From contig DATFMP010000022.1 in assembly GCA_035266845.1 (NCBI GenBank), positions 13,550 through 77,549 on the forward strand: DNA of 64,000 nt, given 5' to 3'. Origin of the DNA: a bacterium. Its GTDB lineage: Bacteria > SAR324 > JACQKK01. The position numbers and the translations under genes are program-made. The notes beneath the pieces are model-generated. The model was not told where the DNA came from. It searched no databases and saw nothing but the letters and a program-made list of their open reading frames with translations. Below, piece after piece: positions 1 through 9,205 of the stretch (position 1 is its first letter; the number at the start of each line of letters is the position of its first letter).

Positions 1-395
1 TGGTCGTTCTCCATGGGCATGCGCCGGGGCGGCAGCAGCACGGCGCCGCACGCGCCGCACTTCTTGCGATCCAGCGCGGCAGGATCGTCCACCATGTTGC
101 GCTTTCGACACGACGGGCAAATGAGGATATATTGGGTGCGCACCACGGGCGGCTGGAAGCCCAGCGCCGGGTGCGGCGGCTCCAGTTGCCGGTCGTAATC
201 GCGCCGGGCCTCCGGATTGCCCAGCACGCTGAAGGCCTCGTTGATGGCCTGCGCGTCGGCCTCGGTGCCGCCCAGATCCGGGTGGTTGCGGGCCGTCTTG
301 AGCAGGGCGCGGTAAGCCCCCTGGATCACTGCCTGGGAGGCGTAGCGATCCACCTGGAGCACATCGTAATAGGTCTTCTGCCGGCCGTGGTTCAT
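1..395 (-). CDS. J-domain (DnaJ-like) protein with C-terminal CxxC...CxxC zinc-ribbon; partial, its 3' end lies beyond the window start
   Basis: Manual reverse translation from the ATG at complement 395..393 gives MNHGRQKTYYDVLQVDRYASQAVIQGAYRALLKTARNHPDLGG...CPSCRK...CGACG. It has the HPD tripeptide and a typical J-domain helix II/III pattern. It is not in the ORF track because it has no in-window stop. Confidence 0.75.
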   Translation of the reverse strand, partial: MNHGRQKTYYDVLQVDRYASQAVIQGAYRALLKTARNHPDLGGTEADAQAINEAFSVLGNPEARRDYDRQLEPPHPALGFQPPVVRTQYILICPSCRKRNMVDDPAALDRKKCGACGAVLLPPRRMPMEND

Positions 396-467
396 GGCGG
401 GACCCGCCCCCGGGGACTGCCTGCGGTGTACGGCGTGCAGTGTAAACCGAATCGCCCCGGATCGTCC

Positions 468-1172
468 ATGCTGCACAGAGACGAGCGCCCGGGCCGCACG
501 CCGGCACCGCGAAGGGCCCCGCTTTCGGCCTCGGACATCAATCCGTACACCCAGTGGGTGCACGAGCACCCGCTCGTGCTGCTGGCCGAGCCCACACCGG
601 CGGCCCTGCACGAGCGCCTGGCCGCGCGCAAGGGGCCGATCGTGGTGGATCTCGGCTGCGGCTCGGGCAACTTCCTGCTGGAGCGCGCGGGCCGCGAGCC
701 CGGCACGCGCTTCGTGGGCTTCGAGCTGCGCTACAAGCGGCTGGTGAAGGCGGCGCGCAAGGTGGAGCGGGTCGACCTGGACAACGTGTGGTTCCTGCGC
801 GAGACGGCGGAGCGCCTGGAGGCCTACTTCGCGCCGGGCAGCCTGCGGGCCTTGCACGTGAACTTCCCCGATCCCTGGCCGCGCCGCTCGGACTGGCGCC
901 ACCGCATGGTCAACGCGGCGCTGCTGCGCAGCCTGGAGCACCTGCTGGAGCCCGGGGGGCACTTCTTCCTGAAGACCGACCATTCGGGATATTTCTTGCA
1001 TGTCCTCTCGCTGGTGCAGGATGTGCCAGGATTGCGCCTGGCGGCATTCAGCAACGATCATCATCGCCACGCGGCCAGTCGTGGCGAGGCACGCACGGAG
1101 TTCGAGCAGCTCTTTCACGCGCAGCGCAAACCCGTGTACAGCCTCGCCCTGCAGCGGCCCGCCGCCGGGTAG
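468..1172 (+). CDS. trmB: tRNA (guanine46-N7)-methyltransferase
   Basis: Motifs VVDLGCGSGNFLLERA and FPDPWPKRS-like (FPDPWPRRSDW); ~234 aa counted from the internal ATG at 468. The upstream part of the ORF frame is antisense to the J-domain gene. Confidence 0.9.
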   Translation: MLHRDERPGRTPAPRRAPLSASDINPYTQWVHEHPLVLLAEPTPAALHERLAARKGPIVVDLGCGSGNFLLERAGREPGTRFVGFELRYKRLVKAARKVERVDLDNVWFLRETAERLEAYFAPGSLRALHVNFPDPWPRRSDWRHRMVNAALLRSLEHLLEPGGHFFLKTDHSGYFLHVLSLVQDVPGLRLAAFSNDHHRHAASRGEARTEFEQLFHAQRKPVYSLALQRPAAG

Positions 1173-1213
1173 ACCGCAGGCCCGACCTGGCCCGCACGAT
1201 TCGGACCCGCCCC

Positions 1214-3688
1214 GTGCCGATCGCTCCGTCACCGCTTCCCGCTTCGTCCTCCCGCCCATTCCGGACGCTGAGCCGGGCCGTGCTGCTGGTAGCCGCGGCG
1301 CTGCTGCTGGCGCCCGCGGCCGGGCTGGCGCAGAAGGTGCCGCCCTCGCTGCTGCGGCAGGAGGCAGCGCTGAAGCTGCCCCAGGCCGCGGGGGCCGTGG
1401 CCATCAGCGCGGATGAATCCATGCTGGCCGCAGCCTTGCCGGCGGGCCGGGGCCGCTGGCGCGTGCAACTGTACGACCGCCCCAGCCACGGCAGGCTGGG
1501 CCTGATCGAGGCCAAGGTGGGCGCCGACCCGCGCCTGCGCTTCTCCCCCGTGAGCGACCTGCTGCTGGTGGCGGGCAGCGATGCGCTGCAGTTGTGGGAG
1601 CTGCCCATCGGGCCCATGGAGCCCAATAAGCCGCTCGGCCCCGAACACCGCCGCTGGGAGGTGAAGCTCTCTGAGCCGGCCGGCCAGGTGCGCTTCGGCA
1701 CGCCGCCGGACATGGTGTACTGGAGCAAGGGCGCGGCGCTGTATCGCCGCAGCGTGCAGACGGGCGTGCCCTTCGACGGCAAGCCACTGTGGGAGCCATT
1801 GCACGACTCCCAACCGATCACGGACTTCGCCTTCGATCCCCAGAGCGCGCTGCTGGCACTGGTCTATCGCCAGAGCAAGGCCATCGGCCTGCTGGACCTG
1901 AACCACGCGCAACTGCTGCGCAGCCTGCAGGGGCACCGCTTCCCGGTGGTCGCGGCGCGCTTTTCCGATCAGCGGCCGCTGCTCTCCCTGGATGCCGGCA
2001 ACGACCTGATCCAGTGGCAGAACAATGCGCAGCCCGTGGCCACGATGTTCCTGGATCAGGTTCCGTCGGACTTTCACGCAGCCGGCTTCACGGCGCTGGG
2101 CGATCACCACCTGCTGCTGGAAGCGCGGGATGGCCGCGCGCTGGCCATCGAGGAGCGCACCGCGCGGCCTGTGGCGGAACTGCGGGCGGACGGCCCGCAG
2201 CGCATCGCGGTCAGCCCCACCGGGCGCTACGTGCTGGCGGCGGAAGGTCAGATGCTGCGCATCTATGGCTTCGCCCAGCCCAGCTCGCCGCTGGCCTACG
2301 TGCGGCACCTGCGGCGGCTGAAGGCCTATGACATGGCGCAGAGCTACGTGCGCCTGATGGATGACCGCGGCATCTCTCCGCAACTTCGTGCGGACCTGCT
2401 CAACGAGGCCAGCCGCGAGCCTCCGGGCCAGGAGCTGCAGGCGGCCCTGGCGCGCATGAAGGAGGCCGTGCAGGAGAGCGACGCAGACCGCATCCGCTAC
2501 TGGGCCGAGCAGGTGCTGAGCCTACAGCCGGGGCAGCCGGACGCCAGCGCCGCCCTGCGCGCCCTGCGCGAGCAGCAGGATGCGCGGACCCTGGACCAGG
2601 CCCGCGACGCCTACCAGGTGGGGCAGTACCGCGTGGCGATCTCGCTGCTCTCCAACCAGATCCAGGACGACAGCCGCTTCTATCCCGACGCGTTGGAGCT
2701 GATCCGGCAGGCCGAGGCCCGCCGCTCAGTGGAAACCGCGCTCATCCAGGCCCGCGAGAAGCTGAACCTGAGCGACTTCCCGGCCGCGGAGGCGCTGGTG
2801 CAGGAGGCGCTGCGCAAGGAGCCGGGAAACCGGGCCGCGCAGGCCCTGCAGGACGAGATCGACGACCGCTCCGGGGCCACCGAACGCCAAATCAAGGCGG
2901 CCTTGATCGGCCTCAGCATCGCCTCGCTGCTGGTGGGCTTCGTGGCTATGCGCTACCGGCGCCGGCTTGGCCCGCTGATGCGCAAACTGCGCCTGGACGA
3001 GCAGGATGAGCGATCGGGGCCGTTCGCCCGGGGCGCGGCACGGCCCCATGCCGAGCCGCACCGCGCGGCCGAGCCTCGCCAGCCCGAACCGGAGCGTCCA
3101 CCGCCCCGGCCCCATGCCGCCACGGCGGCGCGCCGCAAGGTGATCGAGGCGCTCATCAAGGAGACGGACGAGCGCATCCAGCGCCTGCGCATGGCGGACC
3201 ACTATGGGCAGCACACCGCGCGCCTGATGGAACTGGAAGCCGAGCTGAACGCCATCCAGCGCCGGCTGGTGGATCCCTCCGTCGAACTGGGGCCACTGCA
3301 CAACCGTCTTCGCGCCATCGACGCCCAAGTGCGGAGCCTGCGCATCGAGCCCCGCCGCGGCCCGCAGCAGGAGGAGCGGCAGCGGCACGCCGGACAAGCG
3401 GGCACCGGGCAGGCGGCCCTACCGGGGGGCCAGAACGGCGAGCCGACGCACTACGAAGTGCTGGAGCTCACGCCAGAGGCCTCCCTGGAGCAGATCAAGG
3501 CCGCCTATCACAAGCTGCTCAAGCAGTATCACCCGGACCTGCACAACGCTTCCCAGTTCGCGTGGGTGCGGGCCGAATCCGAGCGCATGAGCCGCCGCAT
3601 CGCCCTGGCCTACCAAGTGCTGAGCGACGACGCGGCCCGCGCGCGCTATGATCACGAACTGCGCAATCGCAAGGGACCTGGCCGATGA
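1214..3688 (+). CDS. large membrane-anchored J-domain protein: signal/anchor peptide, periplasmic beta-propeller-like and TPR-like region, one TM helix, coiled coil, C-terminal J-domain
   Basis: Signal-like segment RAVLLVAAALLLAPAAGLA-QK; repeated LxxWxL / hydrophobic-strand blocks; TM AALIGLSIASLLVGFVAMRYRRR; C-terminal HYEVLELTPEASLEQIKAAYHKLLKQYHPDL (HPD present). The start is uncertain: GTG at 1214 or 1280 is possible and there is no ATG in frame after the trmB stop. The stop overlaps the yicC start (ATGA). Confidence 0.7.
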   Translation: MPIAPSPLPASSSRPFRTLSRAVLLVAAALLLAPAAGLAQKVPPSLLRQEAALKLPQAAGAVAISADESMLAAALPAGRGRWRVQLYDRPSHGRLGLIEAKVGADPRLRFSPVSDLLLVAGSDALQLWELPIGPMEPNKPLGPEHRRWEVKLSEPAGQVRFGTPPDMVYWSKGAALYRRSVQTGVPFDGKPLWEPLHDSQPITDFAFDPQSALLALVYRQSKAIGLLDLNHAQLLRSLQGHRFPVVAARFSDQRPLLSLDAGNDLIQWQNNAQPVATMFLDQVPSDFHAAGFTALGDHHLLLEARDGRALAIEERTARPVAELRADGPQRIAVSPTGRYVLAAEGQMLRIYGFAQPSSPLAYVRHLRRLKAYDMAQSYVRLMDDRGISPQLRADLLNEASREPPGQELQAALARMKEAVQESDADRIRYWAEQVLSLQPGQPDASAALRALREQQDARTLDQARDAYQVGQYRVAISLLSNQIQDDSRFYPDALELIRQAEARRSVETALIQAREKLNLSDFPAAEALVQEALRKEPGNRAAQALQDEIDDRSGATERQIKAALIGLSIASLLVGFVAMRYRRRLGPLMRKLRLDEQDERSGPFARGAARPHAEPHRAAEPRQPEPERPPPRPHAATAARRKVIEALIKETDERIQRLRMADHYGQHTARLMELEAELNAIQRRLVDPSVELGPLHNRLRAIDAQVRSLRIEPRRGPQQEERQRHAGQAGTGQAALPGGQNGEPTHYEVLELTPEASLEQIKAAYHKLLKQYHPDLHNASQFAWVRAESERMSRRIALAYQVLSDDAARARYDHELRNRKGPGR

Positions 3689-4563
3689 TTCGTTCCATGA
3701 CTGGCTTTGGCCAGGCAGAAACCTCCTCCGGCGGCTGGCGCTGCACGGCGGAACTGCGCTCGGTGAACGGGCGCTATCTCGATGTCCGCCTGCGGCTGCC
3801 GTCCGGGCTCACGCAACTGGAAGAGCCCCTGCGCAAGCAGATCAAGGCGGTCTGCGAGCGAGGCAAGATCGACGGCACCATCAACCTTTCGGCCGAGGAG
3901 GGCGGCCGGCCCACGTTGGCCATCAACCGGCCGCTGCTGGAAGGCTATCGCGCCGTGTTGGACGAGATTGCGGAGGTGCTGGGCCAGCCCGTGCGCGTGA
4001 CTCTGAGCGACCTGCTGGCCAACCGGGAACTGATCCAGCAGCAGTCCTGGGAGCAGCAGGCCGAACAGGTGCAGGCCCTCGTGCACGAGACCTTGCAGGC
4101 CGCCCTGGCCGGCCTGCTGACCATGCGCGAGACGGAGGGCAACGCGCTCAAGGCCACGCTGCTGGAGCATGCGGCCAACCTGGAGCGCATGGTGGACGAG
4201 GCCAAGCCGCTCACCGCCGATGTGCCCGCACAGTACGCGCGGCGCCTGCGGGAGAACCTGGCGCGACTTTCCGACGGCCCCATGCCCGCGGAGGATCGCA
4301 TCCTGCAAGAGATTTCGCTGTTCGCCGACCGCTGCGACGTCACCGAGGAGTTCGCGCGGCTGTACACGCACCTGGAGCACCTGCGTCAACTGCTGGAGCA
4401 GGGCGGCCCGGTTGGGCGCAAGTTCGAGTTCCTGCTGCAGGAACTGAATCGCGAGACGAACACGCTGGGCACCAAGAGCAGCGAAGCGCAGGTGAGTGCG
4501 CTCATCGTGGAGATGAAGTCCGAGATCGAGAAGCTGCGCGAGCAGGTGCAGAACATCGAATAG
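3685..4563 (+). CDS. yicC: YicC-family stress-induced protein (RNase YicC)
   Basis: Protein begins MIRSMTGFGQAE and ends with a DUF1732-like C-terminus LQELNRETNTLGTKS; ~292 aa. Confidence 0.9.
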   Translation: MIRSMTGFGQAETSSGGWRCTAELRSVNGRYLDVRLRLPSGLTQLEEPLRKQIKAVCERGKIDGTINLSAEEGGRPTLAINRPLLEGYRAVLDEIAEVLGQPVRVTLSDLLANRELIQQQSWEQQAEQVQALVHETLQAALAGLLTMRETEGNALKATLLEHAANLERMVDEAKPLTADVPAQYARRLRENLARLSDGPMPAEDRILQEISLFADRCDVTEEFARLYTHLEHLRQLLEQGGPVGRKFEFLLQELNRETNTLGTKSSEAQVSALIVEMKSEIEKLREQVQNIE

Positions 4564-4661
4564 CGGCGCGCAAGCAGGGCGGGCCATGACCCGGGGGCAA
4601 CCGTTGCGCGCGGCGTTGATTTTGACGCAGGCGAAATGCAGGCAGGAGGCGTTCGACGTCC

Positions 4662-5474
4662 ATGGCCAATCGAGTTTTCATCGTGTCCGGTCCCTCGGGA
4701 GTGGGCAAGTCGTCCATCATCCGCGAGGTGCTGGCGCGGCGGCCGAGCGTGCACACGACCGTCTCCACCACCACGCGGCCCCCGCGGCCCGGGGAGCAGG
4801 ATGGCGTCGCCTACCATTTCGTGGACACGGCCACCTTTGAGCGCATGATAGCCGCGGGAGACTTCCTGGAGTGGGCGCGCAGCTACGACCACTACTACGG
4901 CACGGGGCTACACGAGATCGAACGCATCCACGTCGCAGGCTGCGATGCGCTGCTGGATATCGACACGCAGGGGGCCCTCACCATACAGGGCGCCTATACC
5001 GGAGCGGTGTACGTCTTCGTCAAGCCGCCCGACCTAGCCTCTCTGGAGGCCCGCCTGCGCGGCCGCGACACGGAAAGCGAGGCCGTGCTGCGCAAGCGCT
5101 TGGCGCGGGCGGAGCAGGAGATCAGTCACGCGGACCGCTACGACTATGTGGTGGTCAACCGTGTCGTGGACGACGCGGTGCGAGAGTTCCTCGCCATCAT
5201 TGACCGGGAAAAGGAGCGTCCCGTGCCATTCGCCAAGATCGGCAACACCCCAACCATCTCCACAGACGCCGTCACCGCGGCGGCGGACAAGGCCACCCGC
5301 TACGCCTTGGAGCGCATCGACCGCGAGGTGCTGGTGCAGTCTCTGGAGGCCGAAGTGAAGACGGCCTTGCGCGGCGAGCTGGAAGGCCTCATCCGCGAGC
5401 GCCTGGAGCGCGTGCTGCGCAACGACCTGCCCCGGATCGTCAAAGAGGCCTACCGGCAGGCCGCCGAGCGCTAG
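4662..5474 (+). CDS. gmk: guanylate kinase with ~75 aa C-terminal coiled-coil extension
   Basis: P-loop SGPSGVGKSS and GMP-binding TTRPPRPGEQDGVAYHFV; it extends well beyond the usual Gmk C-terminus. Confidence 0.9.
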   Translation: MANRVFIVSGPSGVGKSSIIREVLARRPSVHTTVSTTTRPPRPGEQDGVAYHFVDTATFERMIAAGDFLEWARSYDHYYGTGLHEIERIHVAGCDALLDIDTQGALTIQGAYTGAVYVFVKPPDLASLEARLRGRDTESEAVLRKRLARAEQEISHADRYDYVVVNRVVDDAVREFLAIIDREKERPVPFAKIGNTPTISTDAVTAAADKATRYALERIDREVLVQSLEAEVKTALRGELEGLIRERLERVLRNDLPRIVKEAYRQAAER

Positions 5475-5734
5475 CGCATCAGCCGCAGTAGCCCGGTCAC
5501 GCCATGCCAAGCGGGAATCCTCGGCCGCTCCGGCCCCGGGCGATACCCCTGCCTGGCGTCTTCACACCGGCCGATGCTGCCATCCGGCGTCTGCGGCGTG
5601 CATTGCCGCGTGGATTCGCGTAAAATCGGGGAGCAGGCGTTCGCTCGTGGGCCTTGGGGGCTCACACGGAGGGGGCGCGTGCGTCCGGACGGCTGGGGAG
5701 CGAGGCGCCGTCCGCACCTCTGCGACGATCGTCC

Positions 5735-7885
5735 ATGCTGCGCTTCGATGACCTGCAGGCCAAGGTGGCATCCTACATGCCGCCCGACGACGATCTGGAA
5801 GCGATCAGCCGCGCCTACGTCTACTCCGCCACGCTGCACCGCAACCGTTTCAACCACAACGGCGAGCTCGCCCTGCAGCACGCGCTGGAGGTGAGCAACA
5901 TCCTGGCCGAGCTGCGCTTGGACCTGCGCTGCATCGTGGCCGGACTGCTGCACGACGCGCTGGAGGACGAGCTGGCGGAGCCGGGCGCCCTGCGCGCCGC
6001 GGTAGGCGAGGAGTCGGCGCGGCTGGTGGAAGAGATGTCCCGCCTCAGCCGGGCCGCCTTCCACGGCACGGAGGCCGCGCGGGCCGAGCACATGCGCCAG
6101 ATGATCCTGGCCAGCACGCGCGACCTGCGCGTGATCCTGATCCTGCTGGCGGACCGCCTGCAACTGCTCCGCAATCCCGCGCAGATCCCGGACGAAGCGC
6201 AACACGCCCTGGCGCGAGAGACGCTGGCCATCTATGCGCCCATTGCGCACCGGCTGGGTATCCATACCTTCAAGGCGGAGCTGGAGGACCGCGCCTGGCG
6301 CATCCTGGAGCCCGCCGCCATGGCGGAGCTGCAGGCGCGCGTGGGTGCGCGTCTGGCCGAGCGCAGCGCGCGCATCGAGCAGATCAACGCCGAGCTGCGC
6401 GAGCTGCTGGAGGCCAACGGGATGAAGGGCGAGGTGCTGGGGCGCACCAAGCACTTGTACTCGATCCACCAGAAGATGCTGCGCGACCGCATCGACCTGG
6501 AGCGCGTCTACGACCTGCTGGCCTCGCGGATTATCGTGGATACGACCGAGGAGTGCTACCGGGTGCTGGGGCTGGTGCACGCCACCTACACGCCCATGCC
6601 CGGGCGCTTCAAGGATTACATCGCGCTTCCCAAGGACAACGGCTACCAGTCCCTGCACACGATCGTGTTCGGCAGCAGCGGGGACATCTTCGAGATCCAG
6701 ATCCGCACCCGTGAGATGCACAGCCAGGCCGAGATGGGCATCGCGGCACACTTCATCTACAAGGACGGCGCCGCGCCGGACGAGAACGAGTTGGCATCGG
6801 TGAGCTGGTTCCGGCGCCTGCTGGAGCACCTGGAGCAGGGCCTCGACCCCTACGAATCCATGGAGTTGCTCCAGCGCGATCTGGCGCCCGAACAGCTATT
6901 CGTGTTCACGCCGCGTGGGGAGGTGATCAAGCTGCCACCCAACGCCACGGCGATCGACTTCGCTTACGGAATCCACTCCGAGGTGGGGCACCGCTGCGTG
7001 GGGGCCCGTATGGACGGGCGCATGGTTTCCATCCGCACGCCGCTCAAGAACGGCAGCGTGGTGGAAATCGTGACCGCCAAGACCCAGGAGCCCAAGGAGG
7101 ACTGGCTCAAGTCCGCCGTCAGCTCCAAGGCTCTGGGGCATATCCGGCGCTACCTGAGCCGCAAGATGAAGGAGGAGGCCATCACCGCGGGGCAGGAGCA
7201 CGTGCAGCGCGAGGCCAAGCCCTACGTGCGCAAGACGGAGGAGTTGTTCCGGCTGGAGCCCTTCCGCCAGTGGATGCAGCGCCACGGCTACCACAACCCG
7301 GACGACGTCTACGCCGCCGAAGGCTTCGGGCGCATCACCATCCACGATGTGCTGGAGCGCGTGCTGCCTCGCGCGGAGCCCGCGGCCAAGGCCCCGGCCG
7401 CACCCGCCAGGAGCGCGCGCAAGGAGGTCGCCAAGCCCCGGCAGGTGGTGACCATCGCCGGACTGGACAACATGATGATTCGGTTCGCCAAGTGCTGCAC
7501 GCCGGTGCACGGGGACCCGGTGGTGGGCATCATCACACGCGGCCGCGGCGTTTCCATCCACCACCGAAACTGCCCCAACCTAGCGCGGCAGTTCATCCAC
7601 GAAGAGCGGATGGTGGAAGTGGACTGGGCGGAGGATACCGCGCGCGGGCGTCCGGTAACGCTCGCCATCAGCACGCGCAGCTCGATGAAGGACCTGCTGG
7701 AATCGATCAGCTTTCTCGAGGCCGAAGGCACCCCCATCACCTCAGGCCGCATCGCCTCCCGCCACGGGGTCTATACTCAACACCTGACCCTGATGGTGAG
7801 CGACTCCAAGCAGCTCAAGCGCATCCTTCAGCGGCTGAACGCCATCGCGGGCATTCGTGCCGAGCGCGTGCTGGAGTCGGCGTAG
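5735..7885 (+). CDS. relA: bifunctional (p)ppGpp synthetase/hydrolase RelA/SpoT (RSH)
   Basis: HD domain HDALED; synthetase region YSIHQKMLRDRIDLERVYDLLASRIIV...YQSLHTIVFG...FEIQIRTREMH; TGS/ACT C-terminal region; ATG at 5735. Confidence 0.9.
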   Translation: MLRFDDLQAKVASYMPPDDDLEAISRAYVYSATLHRNRFNHNGELALQHALEVSNILAELRLDLRCIVAGLLHDALEDELAEPGALRAAVGEESARLVEEMSRLSRAAFHGTEAARAEHMRQMILASTRDLRVILILLADRLQLLRNPAQIPDEAQHALARETLAIYAPIAHRLGIHTFKAELEDRAWRILEPAAMAELQARVGARLAERSARIEQINAELRELLEANGMKGEVLGRTKHLYSIHQKMLRDRIDLERVYDLLASRIIVDTTEECYRVLGLVHATYTPMPGRFKDYIALPKDNGYQSLHTIVFGSSGDIFEIQIRTREMHSQAEMGIAAHFIYKDGAAPDENELASVSWFRRLLEHLEQGLDPYESMELLQRDLAPEQLFVFTPRGEVIKLPPNATAIDFAYGIHSEVGHRCVGARMDGRMVSIRTPLKNGSVVEIVTAKTQEPKEDWLKSAVSSKALGHIRRYLSRKMKEEAITAGQEHVQREAKPYVRKTEELFRLEPFRQWMQRHGYHNPDDVYAAEGFGRITIHDVLERVLPRAEPAAKAPAAPARSARKEVAKPRQVVTIAGLDNMMIRFAKCCTPVHGDPVVGIITRGRGVSIHHRNCPNLARQFIHEERMVEVDWAEDTARGRPVTLAISTRSSMKDLLESISFLEAEGTPITSGRIASRHGVYTQHLTLMVSDSKQLKRILQRLNAIAGIRAERVLESA

Positions 7886-8088
7886 GCGATCCGCATCGCA
7901 TCGCCGTCGACGCTCTCCTGGTAGACTTCGCGCATCACCTCGACCACCACGATCTCCTCGATGGAGCGCGCCTTGTTCGACAGGATGTCGAAGGCCCGCG
8001 TCATCGGCACGTCGTGATCGATCAGTTGCTCCAACTGCTTCCCGATCCTGCGAACGGTTTGGCGGATCATAAGCATCTCCCTCATCAA
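7828..8088 (-). CDS. hypothetical small protein (~80 aa), convergent with and overlapping the relA 3' end
   Basis: Protein-like composition (MIRQTVRRIGKQLEQLIDHDVPMTRAFDILSNKARSIEEIVVVEVMREVYQ) and GC3-rich codons, unlike surrounding spurious frames. I do not recognise the family. Confidence 0.4.
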   Translation of the reverse strand: MMREMLMIRQTVRRIGKQLEQLIDHDVPMTRAFDILSNKARSIEEIVVVEVMREVYQESVDGDAMRIAYADSSTRSARMPAMAFSR

Positions 8089-8316
8089 CGCGACTCCTCT
8101 CGTCCATGATTATGAGCCTCGGCCAGCCGCAGCCGGCCGGATGATAGACGTTGACGCCACCCTTTCATGCAGGATCGGGGCCACACGCCACAAAGCGGTG
8201 GCAGAGCTGCCTGGGGAGGGGTGAGGGAAAGTGTTGGGGCTGCGGTGCGCGACCCAGAACAGGCCGCGCCACGGAGTGTCCGGCGGAGCGGCCGGGAAAG
8301 CCGCCCTGCTGGGGCA

Positions 8317-8691
8317 CTAGCTCTGCTTGAACTTGGAGAGGTCGACCACGAAGCGCTCGTGCGTGCCGTCGCCGATGGTGTCCTCGCCGTGGGTCACCTT
8401 GACCTCGAACAACAGCTTGCGGCGGTCGCGCTCCAGCAGCTTGCAGGCGATCTTCACGTCCTTGCCGATGGGCACGGCGGCGCGGTGCCAGATGTGCACC
8501 ATGGTGCCCACCGTGCTCTCGTTGTCGTCCAGGTGGGGCTGAACCGATTCCAGACAGGTTTGCTCCATCAGTCCGATCATGGACGGCGTGGAGAGGACGC
8601 CCGGGCCGGGGCCCAGGTGCGCCACGCCCATGGCCGGCGTGGTGGTCACGGTCTTCTCATGGGCGATGCCCGGGGCCAGCGAATCCTTCAT
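8317..8691 (-). CDS. hotdog-fold acyl-CoA thioesterase (fluoroacetyl-CoA thioesterase-like)
   Basis: GIAHEKTVTTTPAMGVAHLGPG...VLSTPSMIGLMEQTC, typical of the YbgC/FlK hotdog family; 124 aa. Confidence 0.8.
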   Translation of the reverse strand: MKDSLAPGIAHEKTVTTTPAMGVAHLGPGPGVLSTPSMIGLMEQTCLESVQPHLDDNESTVGTMVHIWHRAAVPIGKDVKIACKLLERDRRKLLFEVKVTHGEDTIGDGTHERFVVDLSKFKQS

Positions 8692-8945
8692 GGCGGGTGC
8701 GTGCTCCAGCGCTAGGGGTGGTTGCCCATGCCGAGTGCGGGGCAGGGGCCGAAGATCACGGTTTTTGCATTCCCCTTCAGCATCCGCAACGTGCCTCGGG
8801 GGGCCAGGGCCGGCGTGGCCGATCGTGCCAGCGCCACCACCCTACCCGATGTGACGCGGCCCGCGCCAGCGAAGGTGCGGGTGCAGGAGGGGGCTGCCTC
8901 CGGTGGCGGAGCCGGACGCCCCGGCACGTGGGAAAGGAGCCCACC

Positions 8946-9135
8946 CATGGAAGACAGAACCTTCGTCAATCGGCCGTTCCTGCGGGTGTACTTCGAGTGC
9001 TGCAGCGTGTACCAGCGCATCTATCGCGATCCGCACGGCCATGCCTACTCAGGCCGCTGCCCGCGCTGTCTGCGCCCGATCCGCTTCAAGGTGGGGCCCA
9101 ACGGGACGCCCGCACGCGACTTCACCGTACGCTAG
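8946..9135 (+). CDS. small zinc-ribbon protein (63 aa, CC...CxxC)
   Basis: MEDRTFVNRPFLRVYFECCSVYQRIYRDPHGHAYSGRCPRCLRPIRFKV. It has a coding-like composition and sits divergent from the thioesterase. Confidence 0.4.
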
Positions 9136-9205
9136 TGCGGTGTGCCGCAAGTAAGTTCAAGACTCGCCGGCATGTCTGGCACTGTCAGGGGCACCGCCCC
9201 TGACC

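Noticed and set aside
554-1213. 5' part of the 1044-aa ORF overlapping trmB
   Set aside because: Out-of-frame overlap with a well-supported trmB; R/A/G-rich junk composition. The real gene begins after the trmB stop.
1229-2383. 384-aa minus-strand ORF (and many similar ORFs: 5471..6829 -, 9157..10056 -, 9651..10895 +, 10870..12279 +, 11813..13885 +, 12909..14834 +, 16270..17055 -, 17910..18599 -, 18050..19654 +, 19759..21414 -, 20912..21718 -, 21622..23580 +, 21923..23719 -, 26796..28148 -, 27383..28903 +, 35824..37023 -, 36510..37640 +, 38310..39716 -, 38465..39946 +, 39920..41275 -, 40738..42432 +, 41522..43540 -, 47976..49553 -, 52387..54642 -, 56548..57609 -, 57294..58607 +, 58211..59614 -, 59733..61535 +, 59809..61131 -)
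   Set aside because: Antisense or frame-shifted shadows of real genes in 70% GC DNA. Their translations are dominated by R, A, G and P with no family motifs, and each overlaps a confidently identified gene.
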